DNA of 43,748 bases from an uncultured archaeon (GTDB taxonomy: Archaea; Thermoplasmatota; Penumbrarchaeia; JASLWR01), in assembly GCA_964342815.1 (NCBI GenBank), contig CAYFHS010000038.1:1-43748 (forward strand). Reading direction: 5' to 3'. The notes beneath the pieces were generated by a model that was not told where the DNA came from, made no database searches, and saw nothing but the letters and a program-made list of their open reading frames with translations. The position numbers and the translations under genes were made by a program. Of this stretch, positions 19,790 through 29,577 are shown one piece after another. Position 1 is the stretch's first letter, and each line of letters starts with the position of its first letter.

Positions 19790-22700
19790 TCATCCCCATT
19801 CCACTCCATCATTCCACCGGTCATCATCATCATCGAACCCATAATCGGATTCCAACGAACCTTCATCATACCGCGGATCATCAGCGGCATTATAATCGTA
19901 TGAGCTAGACCTTCGCGAAGCTTTGCGGGGTTTTCTCCATTCATCAACCATTTCCTCGGGGAGAGAAGAAAATCTTTTTTTCATTTTACCCCTCAGGACC
20001 AGAAAGATCACTAGCAAAGCAAGTAAAACCACCACGAGACCGACTATCAAAAGTCCAAGACCAAGGACACTGGAACCCTGCTCGTTCGCATTACTGTCCG
20101 GTTCCTCCACCGATTTACCAACTAGAGTAATAATCGGAGAAAGGACGTGGGCCTCGTCGGTTCCATCGGATACCGTGATCCTGACTTTATATCGACCTTC
20201 CCTTTCCCCTTCCATCGACCATTCCCATGATCCCGCCTCCCAATTGAGATCACTAGCAAGAGTTTTTATGACGTTCATCTCCCCATCCAGAAGTTCGAGG
20301 GATATTAGCATCGAGTCTCCATCCGCATCGTGGGCGGTCCACTCGATTTTATATATTTGGGGTATTGCCTCATTGGAACTGATAGCCTTTATGGTGATGG
20401 TAGGGGGTGTGTTGATTTTTGGCAAGTCCGGTTCCGACACGTTCTCCGGTATAGCGATCATCACGACGGTATCCTCGGAGGACCTGGCGCCCACCTCGTC
20501 CGCCACAACCAGTGTGATGACGTAGGTCCCGGCTTTTAAAGGGCGGAAGCTGGGGGTGGAAGAATTCTCATTTTCAAATAACAATGACGGATGGGAAGTG
20601 CAGTTCCAGTCCCAGGTCGTGATGTTGCCGTCCTCGTCGAAGGAATTGGTACCATCGAGGACCACTGTTTCATTTACACGTATCATCCGATCCTCTCCGG
20701 CATTTGCCACGGGCCGTTCGTTCACGTAAATCGGTTTTTCGAGAACGGTAACATTAACAACATCGGAGTTGTATGACCAGAATTCCATCTCGTCCATGAC
20801 CCTCAGAGTAAATACGTATACTCCTGACATCCGCGGTACGAAATAAGGAGTCGAGGAATTCGAATCGTTCAATACCACAGCATGGCTTGTGCAGTTCCAA
20901 TCCCACGCAAGAATTTTACCTTCAGTATCCCACGACCGGGAGCCGTCAAGGTCCACCCTTTCCATGGTGTATGCGGTAACGTCCCCTCCGGCGTTAGCAA
21001 TAGGGGGTCGGTTCACTTCTATCACTGTAATGTTAACCTGGCTTTCCTCAGACCAGGCGCCCTGATCATCCCTAACAACCAAAGTTAAAGCGTATATCCC
21101 CGGCATCGTGGGCGTAAAAGTCGGGGATGATGAGTTTTCGTTGATAATGGGAAGGGTCGGGTGAGAAGTGAAGTTCCAGTCCCATGTGATTATTATTCCG
21201 TCGCCGTCCCATGAGCTGGAACCGTTCAAGGTCACCGATGTATTTGAATTACAGGAATAATCCAATCCGGCATTAGCGATTGGTCTGAGGTTTGCCGGAG
21301 GGTTCGCGGTTATGTTGACAACATCCTTCCAAAGACTCCATTTACTGGAATTGTCCCTCACTCCAAGCTCGATAACGTACTGGCCTACGACATCTGTCAA
21401 TATGGATGGATTTACAGAGGTATCATCAGACAGTTCCGCCACGCTCCCTGGAGGTTTCGAGACAAATGCCCAGCTGTAATCCACGATGGTCCCGTCGGGA
21501 TCGCTGCTGCCGGAAGCGTTCAAGTAAACGGTCTCTCCCACGGTAACCGTCAGGTCGTTTCCAGCGTCAGGAACCGGTGGTCTATTGAAAGACGTCATAT
21601 CGTTGAGGTATACCTCGACTCCTATGGACGAACTTGAAGACAGACTTGAATCGGATACGATGATATCCAGATCTCCATCGTTGTCAACGTCAGTCATAAA
21701 GGAACCCGAATAGGCACCTGCTGTGGGAAGCCCCTGGGTGTACCTTGTCCAGTCACATGCTCCTCCTGCACCGCCATCGCCAAGATACAGCTTCACACCG
21801 TTTCCATCCATCTGACCTGTGAGGAGATCGATATTTCCATCGTTATCCACGTCCCCAGTGGCGATCTGGCCGTGAGTGGCGAAATTTGGAAGACCCGAAC
21901 TGTTCGATTCCCACTTCATGGTTCCTCCGGCCCCGCCGTTTCCTGTGAATATATAAATCCCATTCTGGCCGCTTGACACTATATCGTGGTTTCCGTCATT
22001 GTTCACATCAGTAATATTAATACTGTGATATGTACCGCTGCCGGGGAGACCGGAAGAGGCGGAATTCCAGCCAGTGCCGCCGTTTCCCAAGTAAGCTTTA
22101 ACTCCCGAGTCGGAACCGGCTACAAGATCCGTATTACCATCCCGGTTCAGATCTCCAAGGCAGATACCATAATGTTCTCCATTTGAGGGGAGACCTGTGG
22201 ATGCAGGAGTCCAGGAACCGCCGCCGTTTCCTAGCCAAACCTCAATCCCACTTCCTTCACCTGCAGCGGCAATATCAATGTCGGAATCCGAATCGACGAA
22301 ACCCATATCAACCGCCAGGTACGATCCCGTGGAAGTTGGGCTATTCCCGGACGTCCACGTGACCGTGGGACCCCCGCTTGAGAGCCAAATACCTATACCG
22401 GTTGTGGATTCCACGGAATATCTCGTCTCGTAGGGACCCACGATATCATCCGCCCCGTTGCCGTCTATATCACCAATGGCAATCTGGCCGAATGCGCCTT
22501 CGTCGGGAAGTCCGACGCTGGAATTCGTCCAAGAGCCAGCCCCATTGACATTTAGCCATGCGCCCATACCAGCACCAGCTAAACCATCCCGTGGGAAAAG
22601 ACCCGAGGCAATATCTGGCTGATTATCGTTATTGAACAGGCCAAGTCCTACAGTAACGTAAACTCCCGTATCGGGGAGGCCTGTGGATGATTCGGTGAAA

Positions 22701-22816
22701 CCTGAAAGTGCCCTGGACCGGTATTCGACTTTGATCCCAGCACTCATGGGCAGAAGGATTAATATCAGCGTACCGATAACTAGAATGGTTTTCAATTCGA
22801 GCCGTTTTTTCGTCAT
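19790..22816 (-). CDS. Cell-surface FG-GAP 7-bladed beta-propeller + 4 PKD-like domains + Ig domain + TM + acidic cytoplasmic tail
   Basis: Signal peptide MTKKRLELKTILVIGTLILILLPMSAG; seven GLP...GD.N.DG..D units; NRPPVPDAG, NLRPIANAG, NRPPIANAG, NERPVANAG; TM VLGLGLLIVGLVVVLLALLVIFLVL followed by RGKMKKR. Confidence 0.85.
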   Translation of the reverse strand: MTKKRLELKTILVIGTLILILLPMSAGIKVEYRSRALSGFTESSTGLPDTGVYVTVGLGLFNNDNQPDIASGLFPRDGLAGAGMGAWLNVNGAGSWTNSSVGLPDEGAFGQIAIGDIDGNGADDIVGPYETRYSVESTTGIGIWLSSGGPTVTWTSGNSPTSTGSYLAVDMGFVDSDSDIDIAAAGEGSGIEVWLGNGGGSWTPASTGLPSNGEHYGICLGDLNRDGNTDLVAGSDSGVKAYLGNGGTGWNSASSGLPGSGTYHSINITDVNNDGNHDIVSSGQNGIYIFTGNGGAGGTMKWESNSSGLPNFATHGQIATGDVDNDGNIDLLTGQMDGNGVKLYLGDGGAGGACDWTRYTQGLPTAGAYSGSFMTDVDNDGDLDIIVSDSSLSSSSSIGVEVYLNDMTSFNRPPVPDAGNDLTVTVGETVYLNASGSSDPDGTIVDYSWAFVSKPPGSVAELSDDTSVNPSILTDVVGQYVIELGVRDNSSKWSLWKDVVNITANPPANLRPIANAGLDYSCNSNTSVTLNGSSSWDGDGIIITWDWNFTSHPTLPIINENSSSPTFTPTMPGIYALTLVVRDDQGAWSEESQVNITVIEVNRPPIANAGGDVTAYTMERVDLDGSRSWDTEGKILAWDWNCTSHAVVLNDSNSSTPYFVPRMSGVYVFTLRVMDEMEFWSYNSDVVNVTVLEKPIYVNERPVANAGEDRMIRVNETVVLDGTNSFDEDGNITTWDWNCTSHPSLLFENENSSTPSFRPLKAGTYVITLVVADEVGARSSEDTVVMIAIPENVSEPDLPKINTPPTITIKAISSNEAIPQIYKIEWTAHDADGDSMLISLELLDGEMNVIKTLASDLNWEAGSWEWSMEGEREGRYKVRITVSDGTDEAHVLSPIITLVGKSVEEPDSNANEQGSSVLGLGLLIVGLVVVLLALLVIFLVLRGKMKKRFSSLPEEMVDEWRKPRKASRRSSSYDYNAADDPRYDEGSLESDYGFDDDDDRWNDGVEWG
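20455..21586 (-). repeat. Four tandem PKD-like domains (~95 aa each)
   Basis: Recurring NxP(P/I)ANAGxD...LxGSxSxDxDGxIxxWDWNxTSHP...PTFxP...GxYxxTLxVxD; three copies share DNA such as cagttccagtccca. Confidence 0.8.
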
Positions 22817-23006
22817 GCTGGATATACCCCTTAGAGAGCCTTTTTTGGGAGTAAGTGATTGTTAGTAAAGAGAGAATTTCATGTTATCAATCAATATAGC
22901 TTTTATCCTTTATAAACCTGCACGGGTATTTCTTGGAATGTTATTGAAATTCTTGTTTTATTCCAAATTAGACTGAATAACACAGACTTTATTTTCCTCA
23001 TTCGAT

Positions 23007-23453
23007 TTATCTATCAGTCGTTAGAATACAAGAATCTTCCGTGCAGACCGCTCCTCCAGGTGCATCCCCCTCATCAGACTGACCTTTGAAAGTATCTCTA
23101 AAAAGGGCTTTCAACTGGTCGGTTGTCAAGGCCCCGTCCACCCTTTTTACGACTTTTCCGTTCTCAAAAAAAAGCGTTACTGGAAAGAGATTCCCCACCT
23201 TGTACCGCTTCACGAGAAAAGTGTTTTCCTCCTCAACGTCACCCACCATTCCAGCCTCTCTTATGACCCATTCCAGATTCAGATGGATTCGGCCCAGAGG
23301 AATTTCGCCCAACTCACCGATCCTGGTTTTTACTTCGTCGTGATAGATAACACAGGCCGGGCAAAGGAAATGATATACGATCACGGCACACCGGTCCTGG
23401 TCTATGAACCGGTCAAATGATCTTTCCGCGCGCAAGGTCTTGATCTTTGCCAT
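23007..23453 (-). CDS. Thioredoxin-family protein (CPAC) with C-terminal CxxxxC
   Basis: HFLCPAC, cis-Pro region LFPVTLFFENGKVVKRVDGA, tail AVCTEDSC; ATG 23453 after CAGGTG. Confidence 0.75.
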   Translation of the reverse strand: MAKIKTLRAERSFDRFIDQDRCAVIVYHFLCPACVIYHDEVKTRIGELGEIPLGRIHLNLEWVIREAGMVGDVEEENTFLVKRYKVGNLFPVTLFFENGKVVKRVDGALTTDQLKALFRDTFKGQSDEGDAPGGAVCTEDSCILTTDR

Positions 23454-23504
23454 CCGTACCACCTGATCTTAGACTAAGGAAAATCTAACGGAATGAAAAA
23501 GAAA

Positions 23505-23921
23505 TTATTTTCTTCCATCCTTCGCCTTCTTTAGAACATCAATTAGATATATGGCCACCGCATGACCTCTTTTAAGGAGCTGGTCGAAGGTCTCGGGACC
23601 GAAATTCTTCTCTTCGACCAATTTATTAAAATCATCCAACCCGTATTCCTCGGGAATATCAAAATCTGTCATCAGCAAGCCGATCTGTTCCCGTTTTTCC
23701 GTAACAAAGCCGTTAATCACTCCAAGATGCTCCTTGAAGAGTTTGCCCCAGTTGGCCTTATCGGGATTGGCCTTTGCCTCCATCAATCTGGCGTTGAGAA
23801 AAGGAAAAAAACGATTCTCGATCCGGCGCGAGCAGTCCGGGCATTCCCAGTAGGGCTCCACCGTATTTGCGGAAAATTCTTTTCGGCACTCATCGTTCCC
23901 GCATTTGATGATCATCTTCAT
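23505..23921 (-). CDS. Hypothetical protein with N-terminal Zn ribbon
   Basis: IKCGNDECRKEF...WECPDCSRRI followed by a helical region. Confidence 0.6.
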   Translation of the reverse strand: MKMIIKCGNDECRKEFSANTVEPYWECPDCSRRIENRFFPFLNARLMEAKANPDKANWGKLFKEHLGVINGFVTEKREQIGLLMTDFDIPEEYGLDDFNKLVEEKNFGPETFDQLLKRGHAVAIYLIDVLKKAKDGRK

Positions 23922-23969
23922 GGTCTACAACTTCCCGAGAGAAATTGGATGATTAAGTAATTAATAAAT

Positions 23970-24009
23970 CGAGTGACGAAAAAGTTGTAAATAAATTTTT
24001 CGTCACTCG
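23970..24009 (-). terminator. 14-bp perfect hairpin overlapping the secY stop codon (end of the r-protein operon)
   Basis: CGAGTGACGAAAAA (23970-83) / TTTTTCGTCACTCG (23996-24009); AUUUAUU follows on the minus-strand RNA. Confidence 0.7.
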
Positions 24010-25550
24010 TTACCGAAGAAACCGCGCAGCACAGGATGCATCTCCATCATCTGTTCCTTGCCGATCTCCTCGTACAGACGTATTATAATTCCTACTGCGA
24101 GCAACACGCCCGTACCCGAAGTATTTCCAACTGTTCCTATCATATCTGCAATAGCTGCCAAACCGCCAACGAATGCACCGGATATGACCGTCACCATTGG
24201 TATATACCGCTTCAATACCTTTTTCAGTACCCTCGGATCACGACGGAAACCAGGTATCTGCATACCGCTGTTCTGGATTTGTTTAGCCACATCCTCGGGA
24301 CCCATATTCGTGGTTTCGATCCAGAACTTCGCAAAGAGGATGGAGCCAAATATCATGATACCGAGATAGACGAGCACGTGCACTATCACCTGCCAATAAT
24401 TATGGTCCGGGACGTAATTTTTATAACCGTCCCAGTTCAGCATTGGCAGGAACCACTGGTGAACGCCATCCACTCTCGACACGTACCACGCTCCCCCTGC
24501 GAAAGGTTTTGTTTCACCAACATGATAAGCGCCTATCCACCATTTCCCCCCTATCAGAGGGATCTTGCTCATAGTAGGATGGCTCCACAGAAGAAGCGAA
24601 AACATGTTGACATTGGCGAGAAGAGCCGACATGAGAATAACCGGAATATTGGATGCATATATCAGCCTGATGGGATATCGGCCCCTGGCACCCCGAACCC
24701 GTCCGTGAGCCAGCGGGATCTCGATGCTGGTGGATTCCAGATAGGCCACAACCAGGAATATCAGAACGGTACCGATGAGATACAACACCGCGTTCGGCGG
24801 ATGCAGGAAGAGTTTCTCGAAACCACCTCCTGAGAACTCACCTATGCTCATGTTCCCGATGAAATAAATGGTCTTGGGTATCACTCCCGAGGGTGGATTT
24901 GTTATGCTTAGAGCCTGACCAGCCGTGGTGGGCATCCAGTTCAGAGTACCTGTGAATATGGCCTGGGCGACGCCTGCACAGATGAACATGGAAATACCGC
25001 TTCCGATACCCCATTTGGAAACAGTTTCGTCCATCAGAAACACGATATAAGAGCCAATGGCCAATTGTATTATGATGAAAAATTTGGCCCATCCGCTCCC
25101 AAGAGCTCCAGAAAAGGCTGATGACGGGGTCAGGTAACCGTATACCTGGGGAATAGCCTCAACGAAGATCATCACAACGACCAGTATTTTCTGCGTTCCC
25201 TGATAGATCGCCTTGTCCTCGGGGTCGCTCATGTCCAGTTTTATAATTTTCGCACCCACGAAAAGCTGCAAAATGATGGAGGCAGTGACGATTGGCCCTA
25301 TACCCAAATGCATGAGACTCCCGGAGGCTCCCGCCATAATGGCACGGAACTCCGAGAACATATCCATGGTCTCGCCGAGACCATATATCATAACATTGGT
25401 CAGTACGAAATAAAATAAAAGAATCCCCACGGTCCAGAGCATCTTCTTTCTGAAATGTACATGCCCTACCGGTTTCTTTATGGAGGGATACCTCTTAATT
25501 ATAGGTTCAAGGTAGTACAGTTTGCTTTTTCCTTTTTCCACCATGGTCAT
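24003..25550 (-). CDS. secY: Preprotein translocase subunit SecY
   Basis: GSLMHLGIGPIVTASIILQL, SKWGIGSGISMF, RYPIRLIYASNIPVIL, GMQIPGFRRD, GTGVLLAVGI. Confidence 0.97.
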   Translation of the reverse strand: MTMVEKGKSKLYYLEPIIKRYPSIKKPVGHVHFRKKMLWTVGILLFYFVLTNVMIYGLGETMDMFSEFRAIMAGASGSLMHLGIGPIVTASIILQLFVGAKIIKLDMSDPEDKAIYQGTQKILVVVMIFVEAIPQVYGYLTPSSAFSGALGSGWAKFFIIIQLAIGSYIVFLMDETVSKWGIGSGISMFICAGVAQAIFTGTLNWMPTTAGQALSITNPPSGVIPKTIYFIGNMSIGEFSGGGFEKLFLHPPNAVLYLIGTVLIFLVVAYLESTSIEIPLAHGRVRGARGRYPIRLIYASNIPVILMSALLANVNMFSLLLWSHPTMSKIPLIGGKWWIGAYHVGETKPFAGGAWYVSRVDGVHQWFLPMLNWDGYKNYVPDHNYWQVIVHVLVYLGIMIFGSILFAKFWIETTNMGPEDVAKQIQNSGMQIPGFRRDPRVLKKVLKRYIPMVTVISGAFVGGLAAIADMIGTVGNTSGTGVLLAVGIIIRLYEEIGKEQMMEMHPVLRGFFGNE

Positions 25551-25586
25551 TCACCATAAGGGACGATTGGGAGCTTCTGGTCTTTA

Positions 25587-26018
25587 TTACTTAACGAGCT
25601 TTACCTTTCCACCGGCTTTTTCTATCTTGGCCACGGAATTGCTGCTCGCTTTCTTCACTTTTATGTTCAATTTATGCCTTACATTCCCTTTCGACAGCAG
25701 TTTATCGTACCCCGCCTTTGTAAGGTCGATTATTATTACCTCACCTCTTTTCTTAGCCGCCCCTTCCTTTATCAGTGTCTGGAGAATGTTTTGTAATGTT
25801 GTGAGGTTTATGGCTTTCGTCCGATCCATTATGGAACGGTGACGCTTGAAACCATGCCGTCCAAAGTGGTCTCGATCATTCTTCAAGAGCCACATGAAAC
25901 GGTGTTTGTGAAGTCCTGCATTGCCTCGGCCCCCCCTCATACCGGCACCACGCCCCGCCTTTTTCCCCCGGCCGTGAGTCCTGCTTCCACGGAATCGCTC
26001 CGATCTTTTGCTACTCAT
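25587..26018 (-). CDS. rpl15: 50S ribosomal protein uL15
   Basis: FRGSRTHGRG, GRGAGMRGGRGNAG, KLLSKG, KIEKAGG. Confidence 0.95.
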   Translation of the reverse strand: MSSKRSERFRGSRTHGRGKKAGRGAGMRGGRGNAGLHKHRFMWLLKNDRDHFGRHGFKRHRSIMDRTKAINLTTLQNILQTLIKEGAAKKRGEVIIIDLTKAGYDKLLSKGNVRHKLNIKVKKASSNSVAKIEKAGGKVKLVK

Positions 26019-26483
26019 CTAAATCATCCTCCCGATCAGATCGTTTATCTTTTTACCCCTGTAACCCAATGCGCCGCCCTCCACGAAGGAGCGTTTGATC
26101 CCCTCGTACCCCTTTAAGGGTGGTGCGAGTCGAAAAAGAGGCTTTATTTCGTTTAATTTCTTGTAATCCACCTTTCCCCGATGAATGGCTTTGATCAGCT
26201 CATTGATATCCTTGAAATCGGTCTTTTTTTGGACATAGCCAGGAGTAAGCGGCTTGTCACCGACCAAACGGCCTCGCTTGATGATCAATTCGCGGATAGT
26301 CTGCGGACTCACTTCACCCCATGTGATATAATCTTTCGCTTTTTTAAGCATTCCCGTGTAATACGGGGTATCCGGTATAAGAACGCAGTGGTTAACCTTG
26401 TTCAACCTCAGATATTTCATGGTATCCCGGATACTGTAATTGACATTTACTTTTCCCCTGACCCTGATGACTGCGTACATCAT
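26019..26483 (-). CDS. rpl30: 50S ribosomal protein uL30
   Basis: YAVIRVRG, LRLNKVNHCVLIP, YITWGE, FRLAPPLKG. Confidence 0.95.
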   Translation of the reverse strand: MMYAVIRVRGKVNVNYSIRDTMKYLRLNKVNHCVLIPDTPYYTGMLKKAKDYITWGEVSPQTIRELIIKRGRLVGDKPLTPGYVQKKTDFKDINELIKAIHRGKVDYKKLNEIKPLFRLAPPLKGYEGIKRSFVEGGALGYRGKKINDLIGRMI

Positions 26484-27418
26484 TATTTATCCACCTTCCC
26501 TAGTACTATATTCAAGTCATCTTCCTGGTCCTTCATGGTGCGCGTGCTGGAAGTTTTCGTCAAAGCGTCGAGTACTGCTTTCGCATAGTTAACCGTCGTA
26601 CGGGTTTTACCAGTGGTAAATCCCCATACGTCCTCGATCCCGGCAAGTTTCAGAATGTGTTTGGCCACATCACCCACGGCGAGAGAGATGCCCCGGGGGG
26701 CCGGTTTGAAAGATACCCGAATGGATCCACATTTTCCATGGACCTTGAACGGGAATGAATGGGGGGTGCCACAACCGCACTCCCACGAGCCGCATCCCCT
26801 TTTCACCTCCACCACTTTCATTTTCGCATTGTCGATGGCCTTGCGGATGGCAGGTCCGACCTCTTTTCCTTTGGACTGCCCAATGCCAACATAGCCATCC
26901 TTGTTTCCAACCACAGCTGTTATGGTAAAACGTACCCTCCTACCGGAATCAGTCATTCGCTGAACCATATTTACATCTAGGACCTCGTCCTCCAGGTCGG
27001 GAAGCAGTACATCCACTATTTCCGGTTCGCGAATTGGAAGGCCAGTGGCCAGTGCTTCACCGATATCGGTTATCTTCTTACTTCTCACCAACCTGCCGAG
27101 ACGGGTAGAAGGTTCCCATATCTCGTAACGCTCCCTTGCTCTGCGCTGTCGAATATCTTCCTTGCTGCCAGTCTCCCGTACCTTCTTTTTGATACCCGTC
27201 ACCAGTTTTTTCTTGACCACTGCCGCCTCCGAGATGTCCACCTCCTTGACCTTTGTATCGATAGCTTTAACAACCGAATCCTCAGGGACTTCTTTCACGG
27301 GCTCTTCTATGATCTCCTCATTGTCATTCTCGTTCTGCCCTTCGCCCTTGGACGTTTTGGCCTCTTTCTTCTGTTTGCGTTTCGCCTGTTCGTCCAATTT
27401 CCGCTTGTTCTTGTCCAT
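26483..27418 (-). CDS. rps5: 30S ribosomal protein uS5 with ~100-aa charged N-terminal extension
   Basis: [43 protein letters not shown]. Confidence 0.95.
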   Translation of the reverse strand: MDKNKRKLDEQAKRKQKKEAKTSKGEGQNENDNEEIIEEPVKEVPEDSVVKAIDTKVKEVDISEAAVVKKKLVTGIKKKVRETGSKEDIRQRRARERYEIWEPSTRLGRLVRSKKITDIGEALATGLPIREPEIVDVLLPDLEDEVLDVNMVQRMTDSGRRVRFTITAVVGNKDGYVGIGQSKGKEVGPAIRKAIDNAKMKVVEVKRGCGSWECGCGTPHSFPFKVHGKCGSIRVSFKPAPRGISLAVGDVAKHILKLAGIEDVWGFTTGKTRTTVNYAKAVLDALTKTSSTRTMKDQEDDLNIVLGKVDK

Positions 27419-27422
27419 CTTT

Positions 27423-27929
27423 TCACCCCCTCTCGAGTATTAGTTCTTTTGTTTTATCGAAATCAGCTGCAATCTCTTCACCTATGAATTTACCGTGGAC
27501 CGCATCCCCGGAAGGTAATATTGATTCACCATGAGGTATATCCACACCGGCATCCAGAACCCCTTTCAGAACAGCAAAGGCCTTGGAACCTTTCACGGGT
27601 ACGCTCAATCCTATGTCCAGCACCGCTTGAGAGATGCCTTTCTTCATAGCCCGTTTCCCAGCCAATAAACCCGTGAGATAGGCCGCTGGGGTATTGGAAA
27701 AAGAGTGTGTCCATCCACGGGAGCCAAGTTCCGTTGACAGGGCAGTTGCCCGCACCAGATCTCCAGAAGGGTGATATTCGATGACCTGGACTATGGTTTT
27801 ACTAAGGGTCTTTCTCACAACTAACCGGTGCTTTCCCGACTTTAGAAGGGCCAATCGTTTCCGATAATCGGTCTTCCCTTCCCTTCTCCTCCTGAAAGGC
27901 ACTCGGGTGATTATATTCTTCTTTGTCAA
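27423..27929 (-). CDS. rpl18: 50S ribosomal protein uL18
   Basis: [30 protein letters not shown]; TTG start at 27929 (or 27938 as in the track). Confidence 0.93.
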   Translation of the reverse strand: MTKKNIITRVPFRRRREGKTDYRKRLALLKSGKHRLVVRKTLSKTIVQVIEYHPSGDLVRATALSTELGSRGWTHSFSNTPAAYLTGLLAGKRAMKKGISQAVLDIGLSVPVKGSKAFAVLKGVLDAGVDIPHGESILPSGDAVHGKFIGEEIAADFDKTKELILERG

Positions 27930-27930
27930 A

Positions 27931-28473
27931 TTATTCAACCCCCTTTACGATCTTTTTTCTCCGAACCACCTTACGAACTACCTTCTTCGTAGGAGCACCG
28001 AATTGGATTTGTGGAAGCTCTTTCTTCTTTTCAAAGGCGCCTTCGGCCTTCATATGAGCCATGAGGTGTGCCCTTGATTTGAACATTCCGCCATTGGCCT
28101 TTCGATAATATCTCCGATAGATTGTTGAATCGATCTTTTCATCGGCCTTCAATTCTCTCAACTGCGACCGAAGTGCACGGATTGTCTTCATCCACCGCTC
28201 CTTTTTAGGCGCGCGGGCTCCCTTTGCTCCCTTTCTCCTTCCATGACCTTTCCTGCGACCCTTTCTCTTCTGTTCCGCCCTGTGTTTCGTCCTAGCCGAT
28301 GATACGCCTTTTTTCTGTTTTTTCTTGATTAATTTAGAACTGATGAGGGAGCGGACATCCCCTCTGGTAACCGCCTCGGAGATCTCCTCCATGGCAGCCG
28401 GGTCCAGCCAAACCCGGTCCGAACCGCATTTCAACAACGAGCGGGCCATGCGTCTCTGCAGTCTCAGATTCAT
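27931..28473 (-). CDS. rpl19e: 50S ribosomal protein eL19
   Basis: LRLQRRMARSLLKCGSDRVWLDP, GRRKGHGRRKG, YRRYYRKANGG. Confidence 0.95.
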   Translation of the reverse strand: MNLRLQRRMARSLLKCGSDRVWLDPAAMEEISEAVTRGDVRSLISSKLIKKKQKKGVSSARTKHRAEQKRKGRRKGHGRRKGAKGARAPKKERWMKTIRALRSQLRELKADEKIDSTIYRRYYRKANGGMFKSRAHLMAHMKAEGAFEKKKELPQIQFGAPTKKVVRKVVRRKKIVKGVE

Positions 28474-29024
28474 CTCGTCACCCCCGGATTGAGTATCCGA
28501 ATCTTCAACTCGGCTGCCTTTTTCTCGATGATTTTCCTTTTCCTCGTTCCTACACCGTGACCGATTCTTGCAGCCTCCAATGAAGGATTAATTGTTTCGA
28601 GATCATTGGGATTGTATACCAGGACCTCTTTGAAGCCCGATGGATGAAGGTTCCGGACTTCTCTGGGCGAGCCGTAGCCTATACTCGGCATCTTCGGACG
28701 GTACTTTAAGCTCCGTCTCATCTTTGAATGAAGCCCTCGGGGTTTGCGCCACTTTGTTCCCAGACGCTTATAACGAAACCACTCCTGTCGCCTGAAGGTT
28801 CCCTTTTTAGCTTTACGGGCTTTGCGAAGGTTCAGTGTATGTTTCATTTCCGGTGAAAGATCGGGTTTCTTTTTAACAATGTATCCGGGTCCGCCAAGCT
28901 CTCCATCTTCAATCTCTTCATCCAGCTCTAGATATTCGTCCTCCTCCTGACTCTCGGACACATCGGAAGAATCCTGGGTTTCGGCAAGATCAGGCTTTGT
29001 TTCCTTTTTCTTCGTTCGTGCCAT
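28470..29024 (-). CDS. rpl32e: 50S ribosomal protein eL32 with acidic N-terminal extension
   Basis: FRRQEWFRYKRLGTKWRKPRG, IGYGSP, LHPSGFKEVLVYN. Confidence 0.95.
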   Translation of the reverse strand: MARTKKKETKPDLAETQDSSDVSESQEEDEYLELDEEIEDGELGGPGYIVKKKPDLSPEMKHTLNLRKARKAKKGTFRRQEWFRYKRLGTKWRKPRGLHSKMRRSLKYRPKMPSIGYGSPREVRNLHPSGFKEVLVYNPNDLETINPSLEAARIGHGVGTRKRKIIEKKAAELKIRILNPGVTR

Positions 29025-29025
29025 G

Positions 29026-29574
29026 CTATCGCCCCTTGCTTACTATGTATATACCATCCTGGAAGACCCGAGGATCGTAATGTTTAATATATGTGGCCAA
29101 CTCGATATTTGCTGCAGTCTGGCCCACTTCCTCTTTATTAATACCCCTTATCGTTACCTCGTCACCGCTTATCTGTACCTTTGTTTCTCCAACTATCTTC
29201 GCTTTGCGTGGTGCTGCTTCACCCAGGAAATTCTCGATATAGAAACCGTCCTTCTTGACGGTGGTCTTCATGGGAAAATGAGAATAAACTATTTTCATAC
29301 CGTATTCAAAACCTTCGGTTACTCCCCGTATCATATTCTTAAGATGGGCCTGATAGGTCCCAAAGAGAGCTGCGTCCTTCTTTCGAGGTTTCTCTACATA
29401 GATTCGTAAAGCTCCCTTTTTTACTGAAACCTGGATACGGGGGTGGTAAAAGGACTTAACAAGCGTCCCTTTTGGACCATCGACCTTGATTTCATTGTCC
29501 TTTTCGGACACCATCACGTCATCCGGAGGACTGATGAACTTTTCCCTGAAATAATGTTTGATCATGGTGTGCAC
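29026..29574 (-). CDS. rpl6: 50S ribosomal protein uL6
   Basis: GVTEGFEYGMKIVYSHFPM, NFLGE, GQTAANIE, DPRVFQDGIYI; start GTG 29574 or ATG 29565. Confidence 0.95.
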   Translation of the reverse strand: MHTMIKHYFREKFISPPDDVMVSEKDNEIKVDGPKGTLVKSFYHPRIQVSVKKGALRIYVEKPRKKDAALFGTYQAHLKNMIRGVTEGFEYGMKIVYSHFPMKTTVKKDGFYIENFLGEAAPRKAKIVGETKVQISGDEVTIRGINKEEVGQTAANIELATYIKHYDPRVFQDGIYIVSKGR

Positions 29575-29577
29575 CCC

